64,000 nt of DNA from Desulfuromonadales bacterium (GTDB lineage Bacteria; Desulfobacterota; Desulfuromonadia; Desulfuromonadales; SZUA-540), in the NCBI GenBank assembly GCA_033549025.1, contig JAWSUS010000003.1, positions 120,413-184,412 on the forward strand, in the 5' to 3' direction. This document shows, one piece after another, positions 59,087 to 64,000 of the stretch. Both the position numbers and the translations under genes were made by a program. Below the pieces are notes generated by a model. The model did not search any database and was not told the DNA's origin. It was given only the letters and a program-made list of their open reading frames with translations. Every line of letters begins with the position of its first letter. The stretch's first letter is position 1.

Positions 59087-60520
59087 ATGGAAAAGAAGAA
59101 GAATTTTCGCCGCAGTGCCCCCCGCAAGCTCCAGCGCCCCCCCATCGAACTGACCATCGAGCGACTCAACGACGAAGGGGTCGGCCTTGGGCACTATGGC
59201 GGCAAAGAGGTTCAGGTGGCCGCTACCCTGCCCGGCGAAAAGATCGCACTGAGCATTGAACATGAAGGGCAGTATCGCATTATCGGCAATCTGGAGCGGG
59301 TCATCACCCCCCACTCCGAACGCCGCCGCCCGCCTTGCTCGCATTTCGGCCGCTGCCTTGGCTGTTCCCTGATTCACCTTAAGGATCAGGCCCAACTCCA
59401 CTTCAAGACCGACCGGGTCAAACAGGCGCTGCAGGCCCACGCCTCCCTCAACGCGGTTCGCGTACATGAAGTCTGGCCGGCGGCCACCACTCTCGGCTAC
59501 CGCACCACGGCCAAACTCGCCATGGCCAAGGATCGCGGCAAAGTCAAGATCGGCCTCTACCGGCGCGGTTCCCATACCGTGGTTGATATCGACGACTGCC
59601 CGCTGCACCATCCGCTCATCAACCGCATCGTGCAGGTGGTCAAACAGGAAGTCGAGCGCCAGGGGATCTACGTCTACAACCCCGCTCGCCAGCGAGGCCT
59701 GCTGCGTTACCTGACCATCCGGGTCAGCCCGACCTTCGACAAAGCCATGGTCACCTTCGTCACTTCCGAAAAGAATTTCCGGGAAATCACCCATTTGGCC
59801 AAGGGGCTGCAGAAGAAGGTGCCCGAAGTGGTCTCCATTCATCAGAATATCAACAGCTCGGCCGGCAACGTGATTTTCGGCCGCGACACCCTGAAGATGC
59901 TTGGAGCCGTCGATCTCATCGACCAGGTGGGGGATATCCGCCTGCGCATCGCGCCGACCTCCTTCTTCCAGGTGAACAACCCGCAGGCGGCCCGCATCTA
60001 TGAACTGGTGCGCCAGTGGGCGGCCCTGCAGCCGGAGGATACGGCCATCGACCTCTACTGCGGCATTGGCGGTATCGCCATGAATCTGGCCCGGGACGCC
60101 GGCCGCGTCATCGGCATCGAAGTCGTCGAGGAAGCGGTGCGTAACGCCCGGGAAAATGCGCAGATGAATGGCATCCAGGGGTGCAGTTTCCGCGCTGGCG
60201 ACGCCGCCGAACTGGTGCATGATCTCAGCCACGAGGTTCCGCCCGGCAGCGTCGCCGTGGTCAACCCCCCTCGCGGCGGCTGTGCCCCGGAGGTGCTTGA
60301 AGCGCTGGTGCAGCTGAAACCCCGCACCCTCATCTATGTCTCCTGCAATCCCGACACCCTGGCCCGCGACCTCGACCTGCTAGCCGGCATGGGCTACCGC
60401 ACGGAAGAGATCCAGCCCGTCGACATGTTTCCACAGACCTCCCACGTCGAATCCGTCGCCCGCCTGGTGCCCGACCGGGACCGCCTGCCGCGCAAAAAGA
60501 GCCAGCTGTCACCTCTCTAG
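59087..60520 (+). CDS. rlmD: 23S rRNA (uracil-C5)-methyltransferase, RlmD/RumA family
   Basis: ATG at 59087 (the ORF track starts at 59048). N-terminal TRAM-like region, Fe-S cysteines (CSHFGRCLGCSL), SAM motif DLYCGIGGI and the catalytic YVSCNP. Confidence 0.88.
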   Translation: MEKKKNFRRSAPRKLQRPPIELTIERLNDEGVGLGHYGGKEVQVAATLPGEKIALSIEHEGQYRIIGNLERVITPHSERRRPPCSHFGRCLGCSLIHLKDQAQLHFKTDRVKQALQAHASLNAVRVHEVWPAATTLGYRTTAKLAMAKDRGKVKIGLYRRGSHTVVDIDDCPLHHPLINRIVQVVKQEVERQGIYVYNPARQRGLLRYLTIRVSPTFDKAMVTFVTSEKNFREITHLAKGLQKKVPEVVSIHQNINSSAGNVIFGRDTLKMLGAVDLIDQVGDIRLRIAPTSFFQVNNPQAARIYELVRQWAALQPEDTAIDLYCGIGGIAMNLARDAGRVIGIEVVEEAVRNARENAQMNGIQGCSFRAGDAAELVHDLSHEVPPGSVAVVNPPRGGCAPEVLEALVQLKPRTLIYVSCNPDTLARDLDLLAGMGYRTEEIQPVDMFPQTSHVESVARLVPDRDRLPRKKSQLSPL

Positions 60521-60532
60521 GGTTCAAATGAC

Positions 60533-60568
60533 AAGAGGCCCTGCCGATTCATGACGGCAGGGCCTCTT
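60533..60568. terminator. bidirectional terminator hairpin between convergent genes
   Basis: AAGAGGCCCTGCCG-ATTCATGA-CGGCAGGGCCTCTT, a 14-bp stem flanked by T/A-rich runs, between the rlmD stop (60520) and the stop of the minus-strand lipoprotein gene (60594). Confidence 0.7.
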
Positions 60569-60593
60569 CTTCTGGAACGAAACAGCGGACGGA

Positions 60594-60824
60594 TCAGGGC
60601 TGCTTGTCCTCAGCGGCCAGTTCCTTCAGTCTTTCCTGGGCCCGCGCGGCATAAGAGGACGCCGGATATTTTTCCATCAATTCCGTGTACAGCCGCACGG
60701 CCTGGGTCTGATTGAACTGTTTCTCCTCCAGCACGGCGGTCTCATAGAGATCCTTGGCTCGGTCCCCGCAGCCAGCCAGCGCCAAGGCCAGCACGATCAC
60801 TCCCAACAATTTTCGCATGGTCAC
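60594..60824 (-). CDS. small lipoprotein (TPR-like helix pair), unknown function
   Basis: 76 aa with signal peptide and lipobox LALAGC. The start overlaps the upstream stop (ATGA). Confidence 0.7.
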   Translation of the reverse strand: MTMRKLLGVIVLALALAGCGDRAKDLYETAVLEEKQFNQTQAVRLYTELMEKYPASSYAARAQERLKELAAEDKQP

Positions 60825-61396
60825 TCCCCCCTACCGTTCAATGGTCTTGTTACCGTAAAGGCGCCCCGGATATCGCCCGGCGAAAACCCTGTCGCCTGAT
60901 CCTGCGGGTAAAGCCGCTTCAACGCTTCCTGCACATCGGCATCGATGTCCTGACCATGGCAGAGCAGGCAGATCGAACCCATAGGGATGGCCTTCATGTA
61001 ACGCAGCTCCCTTCGCCCCTCAGTCGACACCACCTCACTATACTCCAGAGAGGTCGGATCCTTCCCCTGCTTCCGCAGCTGTTCGAAGCGCTCCAGCACC
61101 TGTCGCTCCCAGGCATCCGGGGCATTGGCCGGATTACGCAGCCGCAGGCTGGTACGGGCGACCTTCCCGCCAGATTCCCGGGATAGCCGCGCGGCAATGG
61201 CCGGGGCCTTTTGCTGGCAGACACTTACCGCCTCAACCGGTCCCTGGGTGCGGATCGCCGATTCCAACTCGCCCTTCAACTCCGCCATGAAGGCGCCAAC
61301 AAGGGCGCGGCTTTCCGTCACTGCCGTCTCCTGTGCCCGGACCGGCAACGCCATCATCACCATGAGCAGCACCAGAACACCTGTCCAACGAGCCAT
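60821..61396 (-). CDS. DUF3365 / c-type haem family periplasmic protein
   Basis: The ORF-track extension to 61804 is rejected. ATG at 61396 after AAGGAG gives 191 aa starting MARWTGVLVLLMVMMALPVRAQE (signal peptide), with a single CLLCH haem-binding motif near the C-terminus. Confidence 0.78.
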   Translation of the reverse strand: MARWTGVLVLLMVMMALPVRAQETAVTESRALVGAFMAELKGELESAIRTQGPVEAVSVCQQKAPAIAARLSRESGGKVARTSLRLRNPANAPDAWERQVLERFEQLRKQGKDPTSLEYSEVVSTEGRRELRYMKAIPMGSICLLCHGQDIDADVQEALKRLYPQDQATGFSPGDIRGAFTVTRPLNGRGE

Positions 61397-61429
61397 CTTG
61401 ATCACTCCTTTACAGAGGGCAAAACCTGC

Positions 61430-61458
61430 TTGCAAATCACGCAACGAGAGACTAGTAT
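61430..61458 (+). promoter_or_regulatory. putative sigma70 promoter of yedF-selC
   Basis: TTGCAA (61430-61435), 17-nt spacer, TAGTAT (61453-61458), 35 nt upstream of the yedF ATG. Confidence 0.45.
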
Positions 61459-61492
61459 AGCAGCGTTTTGAACGGATTCGAGAGGAACGGCC

Positions 61493-62077
61493 ATGGACAC
61501 CCTGGATTGCCGCGGCAAAAAATGCCCCCAGCCGGTGATAGAAACGCGCAAGGTTCTGCTGACCAACCCCGCCGCCAGCCAGCGCGTTCTGGTCAGTGAC
61601 GAGACGGCCCGTCAAAACGTCAGCCGTCTGGCCGAAAGCCTGGGGCGCTCCGTCATCGCTACCGCGACCGAAGGGGGCTTCGCCCTGGAAATCTCCGCCG
61701 GGGCAACACAGGAAGCGGCCGCCGCCGAACCGGCTGTCCACGGCAAAACCGTGGTCTTCGTCAGCTCGGACAAAATGGGCAGCGGCGACGATGAACTCGG
61801 GCATATTTTGATGAAAAACTTCATCTTTACCCTGCTCGAGATCAATCCCGTTCCCGATGCCCTCTATTTCGTCAATGCCGGCGTCAAACTGACCACAAAG
61901 GGTTCGGACGTTCTCGAAGCGCTGGCGCGCCTCGCCGACCAGGGAGCCGATATCGCCTCCTGCGGGCTCTGTCTCGAATTCTTCGACCTGAAAGAAAGTC
62001 TCGCCGTCGGGCGGGCGACCAACATGCTCGACACGGTGGAAACGCTTAGCAAAGCGGGGCGCATCATCCGCCCCTGA
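61493..62077 (+). CDS. yedF: YedF-type selenium metabolism protein (TusA/SirA-like N-domain fused to DsrE-like domain)
   Basis: 194 aa. The N-terminal LDCRGKKCPQPV is the TusA/SirA CPxP motif. The C-terminal half (VVFVSSDKMGSGDDELG...IASCGLCLEFF) is DsrE/DsrF-like. Length and architecture match the YedF family. Confidence 0.8.
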   Translation: MDTLDCRGKKCPQPVIETRKVLLTNPAASQRVLVSDETARQNVSRLAESLGRSVIATATEGGFALEISAGATQEAAAAEPAVHGKTVVFVSSDKMGSGDDELGHILMKNFIFTLLEINPVPDALYFVNAGVKLTTKGSDVLEALARLADQGADIASCGLCLEFFDLKESLAVGRATNMLDTVETLSKAGRIIRP

Positions 62078-62099
62078 GAATAAAATTCCGTCACCTTAA

Positions 62100-62195
62100 G
62101 GGAGTAGGTAGTAGTCTGGTGACGCTCCCGGTCTTCAAAACCGGTGGGGGGCGTATCCCGTCCCCGGTGGGTTCGATTCCCATCTGCTCCCGCCA
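62100..62195 (+). tRNA. selC: tRNA-Sec (selenocysteine, anticodon TCA)
   Basis: 96 nt: GGGAGTAG...CCGGT-CTTCAAA-ACCGG...long variable arm...GTGGG-TTCGATT-CCCAT-CTGCTCCC-G-CCA. It has an 8-bp acceptor stem, a 5-bp T stem (8/5 bacterial Sec geometry), anticodon loop CT-TCA-AA and an encoded CCA. The D-stem pairing looks imperfect by eye. Confidence 0.85.
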
Positions 62196-62207
62196 ATTAA
62201 TAAAAAC

Positions 62208-62246
62208 AAGGGGTTACGGTTCTTCCGTAGCCCTTTTGTTTTTTAA
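62208..62246 (+). terminator. rho-independent terminator after selC
   Basis: About 12-bp stem AAGGGGTTACGG/CCGTAGCCCTT(T) with TTCTT loop, followed by TTTTGTTTTTT. Confidence 0.75.
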
Positions 62247-62269
62247 TTTTCGCTAATCTTCTTGCCTTT

Positions 62270-62300
62270 TGTGACAAATTTGTGACAATTGTGACAAATT
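62270..62300 (+). repeat. three tandem direct repeats TGTGACAA(A)TT upstream of the integrase
   Basis: TGTGACAAATT (62270-62280), TGTGACAATT (62281-62290) and GTGACAAATT (62291-62300), between the selC terminator and the integrase SD. Confidence 0.85.
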
Positions 62301-62332
62301 CAACAACCACCACCAAGGCACGAGGGGAGAAA

Positions 62333-63310
62333 ATGGCGACAATCGTTAAACGCGGGAAAAGCGCCTGGCTTGCTCGGATCAGGAGAAAAGGGTACCCACC
62401 CCAGACCAAGACCTTTGACAGCAAGGCAGAGGCCGCAGCATGGGCCAGGGGCGTTGAAGCGTCTATGGACCGGGGGCTTTTTGTTGACTACTCGGAGGCA
62501 GAGGGAACAACGCTGGCCGCCGCCCTGGGCCGATACGAAAGGGAAGTTACCAGCAAGAAAAAAGGCAAGGGACAGGAAAAAGACCGCCTGAACGTGTGGC
62601 GGGGGTCTGCTCTAGCCGCCCGCTCTCTGGTCAGCATCAGGAGCGCGGATATTGCAGCATGGCGCGACGGGCGACTTGAGGCGGGGATCTCGCCGCACAC
62701 CGTCTGCAACGACCTCTCCCTCCTTTCTCACGTCTACCGGGTAGCGGCCACGGACTGGGGCATTGCGGGCCTGACGAACCCCTGTGAGCACGTGCGCCGA
62801 CCAAAGAGGCCGGAGGGAAGAGACAGGAGACTGGAGGCCGGAGAAGAAGAACGGTTACTGGCCGCCCTGCCCGCCTCTGTCGGGGCGGTGGTTCGGCTGG
62901 CGCTGGAAACAGGAGCAAGGCGGGGGGAGATATTGGCGCTGAGGTGGGAAAATATCGACCTGGGGAAAAGAACGGCCCGCCTCCCAGACACAAAAAACGG
63001 GACGGCGCGGGACCTCCCCCTTTCAACCAGGGCTGCGGAGGTGTTGCGGCAGCAACCACGGCGCCTGCATGATTCCAGAGTCTTCCAGATCACGCCGGCG
63101 CACGTGTCAAAAAGCTTCCGGGAGGCGTGCGAGCGGGCAGGGATTGAGGATTTGAGATTTCACGACCTCCGCCATGAGGCCACCAGCCGCCTGTTTGAAA
63201 AGGGGCTGAACCCCATGCAGGTGGCAGCGATCACAGGCCACAAGACCCTGGTGATGCTGCGAAGATACACCCACCTGCGGGCGGAGGATTTGGCCGCGCT
63301 GCTGGGATGA
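62333..63310 (+). CDS. int: tyrosine-type site-specific integrase
   Basis: ATG at 62333 after GGGGAG (the ORF-track GTG at 62282 lies inside the repeats). 325 aa with catalytic signature LETGARRGE (Arg), HDLRHEATS (H-x-x-R), ITGHKT and RRYTHL (Tyr). Confidence 0.9.
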   Translation: MATIVKRGKSAWLARIRRKGYPPQTKTFDSKAEAAAWARGVEASMDRGLFVDYSEAEGTTLAAALGRYEREVTSKKKGKGQEKDRLNVWRGSALAARSLVSIRSADIAAWRDGRLEAGISPHTVCNDLSLLSHVYRVAATDWGIAGLTNPCEHVRRPKRPEGRDRRLEAGEEERLLAALPASVGAVVRLALETGARRGEILALRWENIDLGKRTARLPDTKNGTARDLPLSTRAAEVLRQQPRRLHDSRVFQITPAHVSKSFREACERAGIEDLRFHDLRHEATSRLFEKGLNPMQVAAITGHKTLVMLRRYTHLRAEDLAALLG

Positions 63311-63383
63311 CGGAAAATGGCCTAGAATCGATTTAAAGCGATTGGGTCTAGGGTGGTGGTGGTTGAGTGAATCTTTTTCAATC

Positions 63384-63887
63384 CTAGCCCCCTTTTTGTT
63401 CGTTCTGGGACGTTTTCACAAGGCGGAGGTGACGGCGTTTTTCCGTGGCGCCTTGCTGGAGGGTCCCTTTCCAGCCGATACAGGGGTTGAGGGTATAACT
63501 CTTGTGGGGTCCGTGCTGCGTCTCTCCCGGGAGGATGACGCCGGCTTCCAGCAGCTTCTTGATGCTGCGGGAGAGATTAGGCTGAGAAAGGTTCATTTCC
63601 TTAGCTAGCCCGACCTGGTTGACTAAGACCTCGTTCCCATGGCGCAGAGCCTTCAGCAACTTGAAGAAAACCTTGAAGTCAGCACCGGTCAAACTGTCAC
63701 ACGTCGATAAATAATCCAGTCCCATCTCTCCGTCTCCCTGCCACAAAATCAACCACTGCTCGTCGGTCTTCGTCTTCTTTTCTACCAGCATCAGATTGAC
63801 CGGGGTAGTGGTTTTTTCCACCACCCCTTTCTCGATGTGGTACGTGGTTTGCTCTAAACTGTGCGCTATCTCTTTGTTTTTACTCAT
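63384..63887 (-). CDS. RepL-like winged-helix DNA-binding protein (replication/maintenance or regulator)
   Basis: 167 aa with a strong SD (GGAGGTGGGGAGG). The HTH is QVGLAKEMNLSQPNLSRSIKKLLEAGVI followed by YTLNPCIGWKG. By eye the layout resembles the plasmid RepL family (helix-turn-helix then LNP...G). Confidence 0.6.
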   Translation of the reverse strand: MSKNKEIAHSLEQTTYHIEKGVVEKTTTPVNLMLVEKKTKTDEQWLILWQGDGEMGLDYLSTCDSLTGADFKVFFKLLKALRHGNEVLVNQVGLAKEMNLSQPNLSRSIKKLLEAGVILPGETQHGPHKSYTLNPCIGWKGTLQQGATEKRRHLRLVKTSQNEQKGG

Positions 63888-63914
63888 GCTTTTACCTCCC
63901 CACCTCCGTTGAAA

Positions 63915-63962
63915 TGATATGAACTATATCACCTGTGATATGGGTTATATCATCCGTGATAT
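63915..63962. repeat. phased array of five alternating half-sites TGATAT / ATATCA (operator or iteron candidate)
   Basis: TGATAT at 63915, 63936 and 63957; ATATCA at 63926 and 63947. Start-to-start spacing is 11, 10, 11, 10 nt, a 21-bp period. Confidence 0.85.
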
Positions 63963-63973
63963 ACCAAAGTCAA
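63944..63973 (-). promoter_or_regulatory. putative promoter of the RepL-like gene, overlapped by the half-site array
   Basis: Minus strand TTGACT (63973-63968), 18-nt spacer, TATAAC (63949-63944). The -10 lies inside a half-site. Confidence 0.4.
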
Positions 63974-64000
63974 GTGTTTTCAACTGTTTGAGTGCGAAGC

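Larger units (their letters stand above)
62196..64000. mobile_element. left end of a putative integrative element or genomic island inserted at selC (continues beyond the window)
   Basis: A tyrosine integrase lies immediately 3' of a tRNA gene, followed by a RepL-like DNA-binding gene and a repeat array. The other boundary and any att direct repeat are not in the window. Confidence 0.6.

Noticed and set aside
61397-61804. N-terminal extension of the DUF3365 ORF (the track gives 60821..61804, 327 aa)
   Set aside because: The extension runs antisense through the yedF promoter and coding start and is Gly/Ala/Arg-rich. The ATG at 61396 has an AAGGAG SD and is followed immediately by a signal peptide.
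62270-62300. CRP/FNR-type site suggested by the TGTGA motifs
   Set aside because: CRP-family sites are inverted repeats (TGTGA-N6-TCACA). Here the three TGTGA copies are direct repeats with no TCACA partner.
62282-62332. GTG start of the integrase ORF at 62282
   Set aside because: This start lies inside the TGTGACAA repeats and has no SD. The ATG at 62333 has GGGGAG upstream and gives the usual integrase N-terminus.
63342-63608. 88-aa plus-strand ORF after the integrase
   Set aside because: It is antisense to the 3' half of the RepL-like gene, has no SD, and uses a TTG/GTG-type start in the track.

Overview
The window is a GC-rich bacterial core-chromosome segment. Gene content and order look like a Desulfuromonadales or Geobacter/Pelobacter-type deltaproteobacterium, but that is inference only. 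Almost everything is on the minus strand.

From high to low coordinates the minus strand carries:
- ispG and proS.
- A DUF4388 gene, pyrF and rlmB.
- An E. coli-like block: thrU-tyrU-glyT-thrT-tufB, then rpmG, tRNA-Trp, secE-nusG, rplKAJL and rpoBC.
- A gap-free run of about 19 kb from rpsL to rplQ that fuses the str, S10, spc and alpha operons and includes a second tuf copy.
- A trp cluster, trpE-G-D-C-B2-F-B, then a DEAD-box helicase and a UDG, then trpA.
- accD, folC, lptD, comEA, ftsB, an unlisted 59-codon Cys-rich ORF, argS and a SPOR-domain gene.
- Two CAU-anticodon tRNAs and tilS, which is cut by the left edge.

Plus-strand genes occur only near the right end: rlmD/rumA, yedF, tRNA-Sec (selC) and a tyrosine integrase.

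There are nine tRNAs and no rRNA or CRISPR.

The only clearly accessory DNA is the last 1.8 kb. selC is followed by a terminator, three tandem TGTGACAA(A)TT repeats, a tyrosine integrase, a RepL-like winged-helix gene and a phased TGATAT/ATATCA half-site array. This looks like the left end of an integrative, possibly replicative, element whose cargo lies outside the window. I see no complete novel multi-gene system inside the window.

The ORF track translates GTG and TTG starts as M and always takes the longest ORF, so I revised several starts. Most plus-strand ORFs are antisense shadows of real genes.
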